Source: a virus (taxonomy: Duplodnaviria > Caudoviricetes). From it: 64,000 bases of DNA. The translations under genes and the position numbers were made by a program. Below the pieces are notes generated by a model that saw nothing but the letters and a program-made list of their open reading frames with translations, did not search any database and was not told the origin of the DNA. Shown here one piece after another: positions 36,578-46,935 of the stretch (position 1 is the first letter of the stretch; every line of letters begins with the position of its first letter). The stretch covers positions 1 to 64,000 of the IMG/VR virus record IMGVR_UViG_3300028534_000023. The stretch is one strand, 5' to 3'.

Positions 36578-39500
36578 TGGGAAGAAGTTCTACATTCTGC
36601 AATTCGTCTACTATCCCTATATCTCAGTTTATAGGAAGCAAGTACGACGATGTAAAAGAAGTTGCAGACAAGCTCGACATGCTAACAGAAATAGCAAATA
36701 TTGATTATAATGCTTTATTAAGTGCTTTAGAAGAAGCTCAAGATTTTACAGGTATAGTTGTAGTTCCTACTACTACAGAATCTAGGTGGGATGCAGAAAC
36801 AAAAACACTGTATGTAAAAACAGTTGAAGGTATACAAGGCGAGAAAGGTATACAAGGAGAGAGAGGAGAGAAAGGAGAAAGAGGAGAACGTGGGTTACAA
36901 GGATTACAAGGATTAAAGGGCGACACTGGTGACAAGGGTGATAAAGGTGATAAAGGCGATGACGGGAAACCTGGAGTAAGTATCCATCACATAAAACCTG
37001 TAGGCACTACAGAACCTAATGGTCAGTTTACTACCCCTGGATACGTAGATACTTATAATTTATTTGCAGATGCAGATGAGACTTTGGTTCTTGGAAGTTT
37101 TTCTGTAGCAAACCCTGACCTTTCAATAGCACCTGAAGTTATGACTAAGAGTACATATGACTCTAACAGCAGTGGCGTTGTAGACAATGCAGAAAAACTT
37201 GACGGAAATACTGTAGATGATGTTATAAATGCAGTAGTAGAAAAAGTACCTACAAGCTACGCTGCATCTAACATTACGTTAGATACGTCAGAATTTGATG
37301 GAAACTTTGATAATAGCGTAACTGACGTACAGGCAGCTATAAATTATTTAGATAATCTTATAACATCTGGTGGTAACGTGACTATAGAATCTGGTGATAC
37401 TCCTCCAGTAACTGCTGAAGATGCTACGTTGTGGCTAAACACTAAAAACAATAGTGTGTATATTTACGTCAACGGTGTATGGGTAAATGCTACAACTAGT
37501 TTATCAGTAACTACAATATCTACTGTACTGTCAGTTATATTAGACACTGCTCCTTTTTCTGCAACTTCTACCACACATGTAGACACTGTAAAAGTATGTG
37601 TAGTAAGAAATGAGAACTTGTTTACAGATATTACGTTAAATGGAAACGTACTTACCTTCAACAAAGCTACTGAATATACAAACATGATTAAAAAAATAGT
37701 ACCGTGTTATAGAAGTTCTGTATTACTGACTAATGATGGTACAATCATGGAAGCAGGGTATGATGTCTCTTCGAATGTGTTTGTACCTGTAAATGTAAAT
37801 GGCTTCGTGCGTGATATTTTCTATGGACATGAGGCTGTATGGTTATTGATGTACGACGGAAGTGTAATGTACAAAGGACTGAACACATCGTACACTGCAG
37901 GTCTTGGACATTCATCAGAAGTTGCTTCTTTTACAAAAGTTCCTTATATAGAAAACATTAAAAAAATAGCTAGTACTAGAGATTTTTCTGTAGCACTCAC
38001 TGAAAGTGGTAACGTATTTGTTGTAGGAGATGCTGAAAAAAACAGTACGTACCTTCTTAATGGAGATAGTTCTATTACAAGTAGATTTACATATGTAGAC
38101 AATTTAGGACATACAGTCATTGATATAGCTGTATCTAGTATGTCTACGTTTATTTTAACATCTAGTAATGAAGTATACGGGATAGGTCTTGCTTACGGTC
38201 TTTACGAAAATCTTACCGACGCGTACAATCTAGGGTTAGTAAATAACATGGCAGTGTCTAACAAACTTGTAAAAGCTGTAGGAATACCTAACGGAGACAT
38301 AGTAAGCATACATGGTCCATCATATGTAGGCTCTGTAAGTATAGCGTGCATTGACAGCAGTAATATTATATACGGTAATAAAGAAGACAGCTCGTATAAC
38401 GAGCTAGGTGGACTAAAAGATACAAGCACGCATGGATTTTCTAACTTGCATATAACAGGCACTGACATAGTTATAGGGTACTATTGTTCGTTTTATATAG
38501 ATTTAGATGGTATTGTATGGGCTAGTGGTCTGGATTATGGAGGTCAGTTAGGTACTTCTGGTAGTGTTACTGAATATACAAATACTGGTATAAGTAATGT
38601 TTCTTATATCTCAAGTATTCAGTACAACTCGTTTATGGTATTAAATACCGATACCTTTTTATGTGTAGGAGACAACTCATCAGGCGAACTCGGTATAGCA
38701 AGTGATGACTCATCTACAAATGAATGGTCTCAGTATTCTGTAGATATTGCTAACTCGTCAGGGTATATAGCATGCACTGACGTTATTAAAGTAGATATGG
38801 GTGTAGACTTTGAAGTATCTACAGTATCTGGTGACACTGCAGGTATAGATGAAGTGCGTATATTAGGATACGTAGTTACAGATGACAATATACATACTGT
38901 AGATACTACAGACTACTTAAAAATTGACGGTAGTAGAAATCTTGACAGTAGCTATACTCCAGTAGACGATTATTCAGTTGCTACAAAACTGTACGTAGAT
39001 TCTATTAGCAAAGTAATAGAAGTGTCAAATGTAACTGATTTAGACTCTATTGATGGCAATATTGTACACTCTGTATGTGTAACATCTTCAACATTAGGTG
39101 GCATATACGTATATGATCCATACTATACTGGAACAGCTTATAGTTATAATGGGTGGGTACGGCAAAGTAACTCTGGAAACAAACCTGCAGTAGACGTTTA
39201 TGTTGATACAACAAATTTTGGAGGAGAAGTTTTAAGTAGTGAAGATACAAATCTACAACTAGCGTTAAACACGCTAGACAAACTTGTAAACACTGGAGGG
39301 TCGGTAGAAGTAGTAAAACAAGATTACCCACCAGCGTCGTTAAAAGAAGGTAGTATATGGTATGATACTAAAAATAACATGATATTTTTCAGTATAAATG
39401 GTTCTTGGGTAAATGCTAGCAAGACAGTAAAAGTACCTTTTTATAACAATATTCTAACTACTATATTAGAAAACAGTACTGAATATCCTTTGAGTATCAA

Positions 39501-40950
39501 AAGTGACACTGCTGTTGGAGCTGTCAGATTACTTGTAAGACGTACAGAAGATAAGTTTACAGATATAACCATAAATGGCAGTTTGGTAGAGTTTAAAACG
39601 TCTGAGCAGGATATTCCAAGCATAGTAAATATAGCATCAGGCAATAAAGAAACTGTTATATTACTAAATGACGGAACTGTGTTTACGTCTGGAGATTTTT
39701 CAGACAGTGCAGTATTCGTTCAAGATACTACCGTTACTGACTTTATAACTGATTTGTTTGACGGTGTAAGAGGTGTATGGATAAAGAAAGTAGATGGAAC
39801 TGTTTTATATAGAGGTGCAAATTATAATTTTACTGCAGGGCTTGGTCATAGAAGCACTGTTTATCAGTGGACAGAAATACCGTACTTGAAAAACGTAAAA
39901 AAGATAGTAAGTACTACAAACTTCTCTGTAGCATTAACTGATTTAGGGTTTGTACACACTGTAGGATATGTAGTATCTGCAGACAGCTATCTACCTAACG
40001 GTACTACTGCGACAACAGATAAATTTACTTTAGTTGACGGCATAGATAACGTAATAGATATAGCAGTATCTTCTACTTCAACATTCATGCTAAAAGCAGA
40101 CGGAAGTGTGTACGGCGTAGGTAAGGCTTATGGTTTGTTTGAATCTATATCAGATGCACATCAAAGTGGTTTAGTTAACGATTATTCAGCTGTGCTAAAA
40201 CCTACTAAAGCTGTAGGACTTCCTAACGACATAGTTAAGATATTCGGAGGTTCAAGTTCTTCAGAATCAATAGTATGTGTTTCAGCTGACGGAAGTATGT
40301 ACTGTAACTATGAGAATACTACGTATAACGATATAGGTGGTTTGAAAGATTTATCTACTGATGCTTTTACTTACTTAGGTATTAAAGGAAAATATTTTAC
40401 TACTGGGTATCACTGTTCGTTCTACATAGACGTTGACGGCAACTCGTTTGCAAGTGGTTATAACTACGGAAATCAATTAGGGCTTTCATCTAGTGTAGAC
40501 TCGTATACTGAAATAGATGTACCTACAGGTGTATCTAAAATAGTTACAGCCTATAATCAATCATTGTGTATAACAGATACAGATATTATAGGAGTAGGCG
40601 AAAATAGTGTAGGTGAGTTAGGTGTTGATGATACAACTGATAAAGATACATGGGCAACTGCTACCATAAGTATAGACTCTAACTTTAACGGATTTAGGGC
40701 TTTATCAGAATATATTCCGTTAAACAACATTACTGACATATTTATAGATGTGATAGGTAGTAATAGTATTGATAGTATATACGTGTCTTTGTATAACATT
40801 ACAGAAGAATATGTTTTTATGGAAGATACTACTTCGTACCTATACTCTAACGGCTCTGTTCTTCTTGACGAGGATTATACACCGTTTACTGAAAGAAGTA
40901 TAGCAACTAAAAAATACGCAGATGATTTAGTATCTGTTGTAGAGTGGTAA
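36577..40950 (+). CDS. Tail fibre / appendage with a collagen-like segment and two RCC1-like modules
   Basis: (GXY)16; duplicated AGLGH...KKI.ST..FSVALT..G modules; ATK.Y.D motifs. Confidence 0.85.
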   Translation: MGRSSTFCNSSTIPISQFIGSKYDDVKEVADKLDMLTEIANIDYNALLSALEEAQDFTGIVVVPTTTESRWDAETKTLYVKTVEGIQGEKGIQGERGEKGERGERGLQGLQGLKGDTGDKGDKGDKGDDGKPGVSIHHIKPVGTTEPNGQFTTPGYVDTYNLFADADETLVLGSFSVANPDLSIAPEVMTKSTYDSNSSGVVDNAEKLDGNTVDDVINAVVEKVPTSYAASNITLDTSEFDGNFDNSVTDVQAAINYLDNLITSGGNVTIESGDTPPVTAEDATLWLNTKNNSVYIYVNGVWVNATTSLSVTTISTVLSVILDTAPFSATSTTHVDTVKVCVVRNENLFTDITLNGNVLTFNKATEYTNMIKKIVPCYRSSVLLTNDGTIMEAGYDVSSNVFVPVNVNGFVRDIFYGHEAVWLLMYDGSVMYKGLNTSYTAGLGHSSEVASFTKVPYIENIKKIASTRDFSVALTESGNVFVVGDAEKNSTYLLNGDSSITSRFTYVDNLGHTVIDIAVSSMSTFILTSSNEVYGIGLAYGLYENLTDAYNLGLVNNMAVSNKLVKAVGIPNGDIVSIHGPSYVGSVSIACIDSSNIIYGNKEDSSYNELGGLKDTSTHGFSNLHITGTDIVIGYYCSFYIDLDGIVWASGLDYGGQLGTSGSVTEYTNTGISNVSYISSIQYNSFMVLNTDTFLCVGDNSSGELGIASDDSSTNEWSQYSVDIANSSGYIACTDVIKVDMGVDFEVSTVSGDTAGIDEVRILGYVVTDDNIHTVDTTDYLKIDGSRNLDSSYTPVDDYSVATKLYVDSISKVIEVSNVTDLDSIDGNIVHSVCVTSSTLGGIYVYDPYYTGTAYSYNGWVRQSNSGNKPAVDVYVDTTNFGGEVLSSEDTNLQLALNTLDKLVNTGGSVEVVKQDYPPASLKEGSIWYDTKNNMIFFSINGSWVNASKTVKVPFYNNILTTILENSTEYPLSIKSDTAVGAVRLLVRRTEDKFTDITINGSLVEFKTSEQDIPSIVNIASGNKETVILLNDGTVFTSGDFSDSAVFVQDTTVTDFITDLFDGVRGVWIKKVDGTVLYRGANYNFTAGLGHRSTVYQWTEIPYLKNVKKIVSTTNFSVALTDLGFVHTVGYVVSADSYLPNGTTATTDKFTLVDGIDNVIDIAVSSTSTFMLKADGSVYGVGKAYGLFESISDAHQSGLVNDYSAVLKPTKAVGLPNDIVKIFGGSSSSESIVCVSADGSMYCNYENTTYNDIGGLKDLSTDAFTYLGIKGKYFTTGYHCSFYIDVDGNSFASGYNYGNQLGLSSSVDSYTEIDVPTGVSKIVTAYNQSLCITDTDIIGVGENSVGELGVDDTTDKDTWATATISIDSNFNGFRALSEYIPLNNITDIFIDVIGSNSIDSIYVSLYNITEEYVFMEDTTSYLYSNGSVLLDEDYTPFTERSIATKKYADDLVSVVEW
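36829..36975 (+). repeat. Collagen-like GXY repeat (16 triplets)
   Basis: GIQGEKGIQGERGEKGERGERGLQGLQGLKGDTGDKGDKGDKGDDGKPG. Confidence 0.95.
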
Positions 40951-40974
40951 TTAACACTATATTGGAGAATATAA

Positions 40975-43900
40975 ATGAGTATTATTAGAAAACAAGACAC
41001 TGACGGAGAAAAAACAAGTAATTTAGGTGTAGGCGAGTTTGGGTTTGATGCAAACACGGACAGTTACGATAAAAATAGAGTATATATAGGTACGTTAGAG
41101 GCTAATGATGTAAAGCTAGCTACTTTATCTGACGCTATTGCACATAACCGTGACAGTATAAACAATACTATTGCTTATGGTATGGTAGCTGCAGAAAAAT
41201 CGAAAAACAACTACTTTATAGATGTAAACGATGGAGGTATCTGTACAGTCGACCCTGCATCGAGTAAGTTTTTTGAACTCGACAGCAATGGAAATATGTT
41301 AGGAGAGTGCATACATATACTCGGCACTGATGGTGACGAACTCAATACATTTTCATGTGAATCTGGTTTAGGTGTAATAACATTAAGAAATACAGAAGTT
41401 GATGATACATCAGTGTACGGTTTAAAACTTAACAGTGTTTCCAACGTAGGAGTTGTGTCAAACATTAACGATAATTATCCAACAGAATGTACTAGACAAG
41501 GTGATATGTTAATTATAGATGATGTAGATGTAGAGTTATCTCCAGACCCCGATTTTGACAATGGGATATATACTTGGAGCACATCTACTCCAGTTACATC
41601 TGTCAATTACGACAGTGATAACAAAATGCTTGTCGTACGTTCTGATGGAGAAGATAGTACGTATTTCCCTGCTATAGCAGTACTACAGTCACTTTCAGGT
41701 GACATGCCAGGTAAGTACGAAATAACTGTATCATACAATAGTGGAGACGCTGGTGGTATAAAAATATATTGTGGAGATAGCGATGTTATCGTAGATACTG
41801 ACAACGACAACGAAGAGGCTACTGTAACAAAGGTAGTAAGTTCTGCTTCTGTATACCTAGAATTTAAAACAGTAGGTAATACTGACAAGTATGCAGAAAT
41901 ATCATACATGTCTATAAAACGCGTAGAACCTTTATTCTTGATACGTAACACATCAGACACATCTTCTAGTATTTTATCAAATTACTCTCCTGACACTTTA
42001 AACTACAGTCCTAAAATATTCACAGAAACAAAGAATGCAGTTAGAGAAGATTTTGTATTTTTAGAAATTTTTGAAGAGGATGTAATCGACAAAGATTTTG
42101 TACACGTGTTTGGGAACGTTTCTTTTGAAGGTAGTTATTGTGGTAGTTTTCCAACTCTTGAAACACCTACATTCGATGGCTATGATACATACTCGTTGCC
42201 TAGTGTTAATGCTGACACCAATGTAATAGGAAAAGGCGTACGTTGGAGTTCTATCAGTGATGACGATAGATTACGAATTGTGTCAGACAAAAGAAATAAC
42301 ATTACAATTTCAGATAACGGTAGATACATACAAACTAAATTTAGGCTTCGTACTGTATCAGGTAACGGAAGTTCATGGAGTAACGTAGAGTATAGCACTG
42401 GTACGAACCTGTCTTACAACTATGCGTATGGGTATAACGGACGTATAATGTCTCAAGGCTCTAAAACTACACCGTACTATGAAGCAGATCTGTACGGTGT
42501 CGATACCGGTAGTTATAGTATACATTCAAGTAATAGTAAATTGTTAGGGTCTTTTTCTCCTAAATACGGTACTGAAATAGATACAGTAGCTGTTCCTATA
42601 GCTCTAGTTCAACGCAGAAATATAGGTGTGTATCATGTAAAATACAATCCACATGGCACTGCAAAGTATTGCTACATAAATGATGATGGTACATTTTCAA
42701 TGATAGAATGGTATGAACTAGGCTCAAACTCGTATCCTGAAAACTCGTTGAACAATATAAGTAAATCTGCTATGTTTAGCCCTGACCATATTTCTTGTAT
42801 AAATGACGATGGGTCTGTAATAGGAAATCTAAATAGTAATGACAGTAGTTTAACAAGAACTGGTAGTGTTAAATCTACAGTGTGTGGAAGACCTGACGGT
42901 ATGTTTTACGACGGTGTGTATGATTGTGATATTACAGACCTAAGAAAGTATGCTACAGATATAGACTTTGAACGTGTAATGGATGATTATCATACAAAGG
43001 TAAGAAATGGCAGTGTAAGAGGTAAAGAAAAAGCAATAGTAGTAAACGACTATACAAGTATAGATTCTATAAATGAACGATATACAGATGCTTATGGAAG
43101 ACTAAACACTGGTACGTACACTGAAAGTGATTATACGTACAATAATTACGGAACTGCGTGTAGTATTTTAGGCGATCCTAGAAAACTTTCAGACAGAGTA
43201 TCTATAGTTACAGTATCTGGCGATGGTCTATCATATGATGTATTTAAAGGCATGTATATCAAAGCTGATGAAGAATACTATAGAAGTTTGTCAGACAGAG
43301 GATTAATAACAGTTGACCCTGACACAGAAGATTACACAGATATAACTAACTGGATTTCTTTAGGCTCTGATGGTACTATTGGGTCTATGCCTATAAACCT
43401 TTCTAATGGTACTGAGTGTATGTATGACTTTATACTTGATGATGTAAATAAATCATATAACGGGTTTTCTACCAAAGTATCTGGACATGCTTCTTATAGA
43501 GGGTATTTTAAAGTATGTAAAAAAATATACAATAACATAACTGCATACTATCAAGTAGTATACGAAGTTTTAGCCATACTCCCTGACGGAGAAGTACGAA
43601 AACTGACATTTGATGCAAATTACGGCAATGCTATTACAGGTGACTACGACATTTACTGGACCAGAAATTATGATAACAGCATATCATTCGGAATAAGTGG
43701 TGTAGACGAAAAAGATTGGGATCTTATAAAAATACTGGTATTTTATAAGACTAAAGTATCTACAGCTATACCTACAAAAAATTCTAAAGTTATATCATAC
43801 AGCAATATTGCGATGACAGAATGTTCATCGTTTAAAGATTCTTTCCCAAGAAATAATATAGTATACCCTCTATTAGGCAAGGTAAATACCTCAACTATAA

Positions 43901-44253
43901 ACGGAAATTATGGAATAGCTTTGTATAATCTAGGTTTTGATGCCAATAGAATTATTGACCCTACATACGGAATACCTTTTACAAATACGTTTTTTTCTTA
44001 CATGGTAAATTTCAATCTTCTTGAAAATGCTTCTAGCCCTACTTTGAAATACATACACTATCTATCTGAAAATAACGGCGTGCTACAACTTGTTTTATTG
44101 TTCAAAGAACTTGCTTTTACTAACGGTAGTTGGGGAGAGGATGTTCTAATACCTGTTACTGATTATGTGGATTTAATAGCAGATACTAATGGTACTTATG
44201 TGATGTTTGGTCAAAAATCTATAGAACTTCCATACTATTTTAAAGGAGATTAA
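40975..44253 (+). CDS. Second large tail / receptor-binding protein
   Basis: 1092 aa, beta-rich; PIALVQRRNIGVYH..YNPHG and GRPDGMFYD motifs recalled from phage tail proteins. Confidence 0.7.
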   Translation: MSIIRKQDTDGEKTSNLGVGEFGFDANTDSYDKNRVYIGTLEANDVKLATLSDAIAHNRDSINNTIAYGMVAAEKSKNNYFIDVNDGGICTVDPASSKFFELDSNGNMLGECIHILGTDGDELNTFSCESGLGVITLRNTEVDDTSVYGLKLNSVSNVGVVSNINDNYPTECTRQGDMLIIDDVDVELSPDPDFDNGIYTWSTSTPVTSVNYDSDNKMLVVRSDGEDSTYFPAIAVLQSLSGDMPGKYEITVSYNSGDAGGIKIYCGDSDVIVDTDNDNEEATVTKVVSSASVYLEFKTVGNTDKYAEISYMSIKRVEPLFLIRNTSDTSSSILSNYSPDTLNYSPKIFTETKNAVREDFVFLEIFEEDVIDKDFVHVFGNVSFEGSYCGSFPTLETPTFDGYDTYSLPSVNADTNVIGKGVRWSSISDDDRLRIVSDKRNNITISDNGRYIQTKFRLRTVSGNGSSWSNVEYSTGTNLSYNYAYGYNGRIMSQGSKTTPYYEADLYGVDTGSYSIHSSNSKLLGSFSPKYGTEIDTVAVPIALVQRRNIGVYHVKYNPHGTAKYCYINDDGTFSMIEWYELGSNSYPENSLNNISKSAMFSPDHISCINDDGSVIGNLNSNDSSLTRTGSVKSTVCGRPDGMFYDGVYDCDITDLRKYATDIDFERVMDDYHTKVRNGSVRGKEKAIVVNDYTSIDSINERYTDAYGRLNTGTYTESDYTYNNYGTACSILGDPRKLSDRVSIVTVSGDGLSYDVFKGMYIKADEEYYRSLSDRGLITVDPDTEDYTDITNWISLGSDGTIGSMPINLSNGTECMYDFILDDVNKSYNGFSTKVSGHASYRGYFKVCKKIYNNITAYYQVVYEVLAILPDGEVRKLTFDANYGNAITGDYDIYWTRNYDNSISFGISGVDEKDWDLIKILVFYKTKVSTAIPTKNSKVISYSNIAMTECSSFKDSFPRNNIVYPLLGKVNTSTINGNYGIALYNLGFDANRIIDPTYGIPFTNTFFSYMVNFNLLENASSPTLKYIHYLSENNGVLQLVLLFKELAFTNGSWGEDVLIPVTDYVDLIADTNGTYVMFGQKSIELPYYFKGD

Positions 44254-44254
44254 A

Positions 44255-45202
44255 TTGAACAAGTATGAACATTTGCGAGATATGGCGTATGAAACTTTAG
44301 TAAATATGCCAACAACAAAAAACTTTTCTGCTACACTGCATGTGTCTGTAGATTACATAAAAAACAAACTTATTGCAAAAAATGTACGCTCTTTATCTAC
44401 TTTTTACGACGTAAACTATTCAGTAGATCAAGTTACAGATATAAAAGATAGAACAGGGGCTACAATATTTACAACAACTACTAAATTACCTTGTATAGAA
44501 TACTCTGTAAATTCCGAAGGCAGCAAAGTGTATGATAAGTATTCGTTTACTATTGATGGTACAGAGTATGTATGTGATAGTCATTCAAATAAATTAGATG
44601 ACACTGTTATGGATTTAATAAACACTGATAGAGTTGTTGTACGCATGTCCAAAAATAGTTTTATAACAGAGAAGATAAGTTCAGTACGTGTAAATTACGT
44701 AGATTTTGCTGATGATACTCTTATAGATGTGTTACTTAATACAGTAATACCAGCAATGGCTGATGAAAGTACTGACAAAGCATTAGCATACATAGCCAGC
44801 AAGCCTAAGGTATCAGAGCAGCAAAGGTATAGATATACAGTAAAAGCCAAAATAGCAGAAAAAGCAATATCAGGAGATAAGCAGTGTTATTCTATGTTAG
44901 ACCTAGAAGCCAAAATAAAAGAAATAGATACAGATGTGTATATAAACGACATAATCAAAATGTCGTCAATATGGAGTACTACTGCAGATGAGTTGGTAGT
45001 AAAAATAGAAGCAGTGCGTACAGCAGTGTGTGAACTTTTAAAGTACGATAGCGCAAAATCGCAAGATGCAGCATATGTTACAAACGTAGGTAAACGTGTG
45101 CATAAAGCAATAAATATAATATCTTTGGGATCGAATTTAACAGCATACTCGTCTGTTGACAGTATACTTAAATTGTTCGATAACGACTATAACATACAAT
45201 AA
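44255..45202 (+). CDS. Tail-associated protein (possible fibre chaperone), TTG start
   Basis: SD AAGGAG; follows the tail gene. Confidence 0.65.
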   Translation: MNKYEHLRDMAYETLVNMPTTKNFSATLHVSVDYIKNKLIAKNVRSLSTFYDVNYSVDQVTDIKDRTGATIFTTTTKLPCIEYSVNSEGSKVYDKYSFTIDGTEYVCDSHSNKLDDTVMDLINTDRVVVRMSKNSFITEKISSVRVNYVDFADDTLIDVLLNTVIPAMADESTDKALAYIASKPKVSEQQRYRYTVKAKIAEKAISGDKQCYSMLDLEAKIKEIDTDVYINDIIKMSSIWSTTADELVVKIEAVRTAVCELLKYDSAKSQDAAYVTNVGKRVHKAINIISLGSNLTAYSSVDSILKLFDNDYNIQ

Positions 45203-45218
45203 TAGAGGAATTTAGCGT

Positions 45219-45557
45219 ATGAGCAGTAAGAAATTTTCAGACCTCAGTTTAGAATAAAGAAACAACATATGTAACGGATGTGGTGGAAAAGGGTCAATTA
45301 TAAATGTGCCAGATTTCTTGTTCAAAGTAAGTTGCGATCATCACGATTATTTGTACTACGTAGGTGGTACTTAAAAAGATAGAGCAGTGGCAGATAAAAA
45401 GTTTTTAAGATACATGCTTGAAGACGCTAGTAGTAGTATATGCACTATAGATGTAATATATTATAAAATTTGGGAGTATTCTTACTATTATGCAGTTAGG
45501 TTGTTTGGTAAAAAGTATTTTAACTATAAACAATTTACATTAAGTACTGTATTATGA
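45219..45557 (+). pseudogene. PLA2-like/DUF1353-like gene with two in-frame TAA
   Basis: SD GAGGA; ICNGCGGKG...SCDHHDYLYYVGGT*KDRAVADKKF...YYAVRLFGKKYF; TAA at 45255-57 and 45372-74. Confidence 0.85.
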
Positions 45558-45563
45558 TATAAT
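45555..45563 (+). promoter_or_regulatory. Extended -10 promoter TGATATAAT upstream of the lysis cassette
   Basis: Consensus match. Confidence 0.7.
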
Positions 45564-45611
45564 CACAGCATTTAATATATTATTTAGGCTACTAAAAAGG
45601 AAATTTTGTTT

Positions 45612-46007
45612 ATGGTAGAAAGTTGGATGGTAAGTGCAATAATTGCAATCACTGGTGTTATAGCTACATACGCTACAACAAGAACGACATTAAGTAAGCA
45701 AGTAGAGGATTTTAAAGATCATCTAAAAGACGATAGTACATATCACAGAGACATGGACCAAAAGTTGAATGCACAATTTAAACGTATAGATGATCTTACA
45801 AATAGATGTACAGTACTTGAACAAGAAAATAAAGCATTGCTTGACCTTGCTACAGCTGAAGCAAAGTTTGTTTCAAGAAAGGAATTTGACCTTCATTTAA
45901 AAACTATAGAGTATGTATCTAAAAATACACAGAAATCGGTAGAAAGGGTGGAGGGAAAGTTAGAGGACATAGCAGACGCTATAAACACATTAAGCAACAA
46001 GAGGTAA
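45612..46007 (+). CDS. Lysis-cassette membrane protein (N-terminal TM plus coiled coil)
   Basis: MVESWMVSAIIAITGVIATYA; next to holin and endolysin. Confidence 0.65.
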   Translation: MVESWMVSAIIAITGVIATYATTRTTLSKQVEDFKDHLKDDSTYHRDMDQKLNAQFKRIDDLTNRCTVLEQENKALLDLATAEAKFVSRKEFDLHLKTIEYVSKNTQKSVERVEGKLEDIADAINTLSNKR

Positions 46008-46010
46008 AAA

Positions 46011-46400
46011 ATGTTTGGATCATTATTTAAAATTTTTTCAGGAAGTGCGTTAAACTCTATAGAAAATATTGCTAAAGAGTGGATAGAAACAGACACTGAA
46101 AAAGCAGAAGCAGGTAAAATCGATGCAGAGGCTAAATCGCTTTTTATAAAAACGTTAGATCCTAACGGTCTTATGAGACGTGAACTGTCTAGGTTTGCAA
46201 GCAAAATGTATGGAGTATATTTGATTACTACTTTATCGTTACTTATAGTTGTATATTTTGGGTACGGTGATAGTAACGCTGCACAACTTGTTACTGACAA
46301 AATAACAAAGTTGTTCATGCCTATAACAACTGCATGGGGTGCTATAGTATCTGCATCTTTTGGAGTAAATGCAGCAAACACTATAAAAGGAATTAAATGA
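46011..46400 (+). CDS. Holin (3TM/GTA-type-like)
   Basis: Amphipathic N-terminus plus two C-terminal TM segments; precedes the endolysin. Confidence 0.7.
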   Translation: MFGSLFKIFSGSALNSIENIAKEWIETDTEKAEAGKIDAEAKSLFIKTLDPNGLMRRELSRFASKMYGVYLITTLSLLIVVYFGYGDSNAAQLVTDKITKLFMPITTAWGAIVSASFGVNAANTIKGIK

Positions 46401-46480
46401 TTAAGAATCTTGTATATACTTATGTAATATGTTACACTACATATTTAAAAGACACTATATAAAATACAATAGGAGATTTA

Positions 46481-46903
46481 ATGAAAAATTATTTTGAAAA
46501 AGAGTTGCAAGATAAACGACTCAGTTGTCCTTGTGGTTGTGGTGCAAAGGTATCTGATGAGCTACTAGAAAAACTAAACAAGTTACGTAACCTGTATGGA
46601 AAACCTGTATACATAGTTCAAGGTGCTACTTGTAAAGATTATAGTGTTAATCATGTAGGAAGAAAACCTACCAGTACTCATATCAGTACAGAAGAAGAGA
46701 ATGCCGTTGGTGTAGATATATCGAGTAAGACATTTGACTCCAAAGAAGATTACTTTAAATTCATAGCATGTGCTGTACAAGTAGGGTTTACAGGGTTTGG
46801 TCAAGGGTCTAAATGGGTAGGAGCAGGTAGTGATACTAGATTACATTTAGATATTAAAAGAAGTAATGCAGGTGATTTTAGAAGCTGGTGCTATGGCTGT
46901 TAA
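46481..46903 (+). CDS. Endolysin, peptidase M15A family
   Basis: CPCGCG, LNKLRNLYGKPVYI, STH, GVDI, LHLD zinc ligands. Confidence 0.88.
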   Translation: MKNYFEKELQDKRLSCPCGCGAKVSDELLEKLNKLRNLYGKPVYIVQGATCKDYSVNHVGRKPTSTHISTEEENAVGVDISSKTFDSKEDYFKFIACAVQVGFTGFGQGSKWVGAGSDTRLHLDIKRSNAGDFRSWCYGC

Positions 46904-46935
46904 ACCTGTACTAATACTGATGTGAGTGGTTTACC

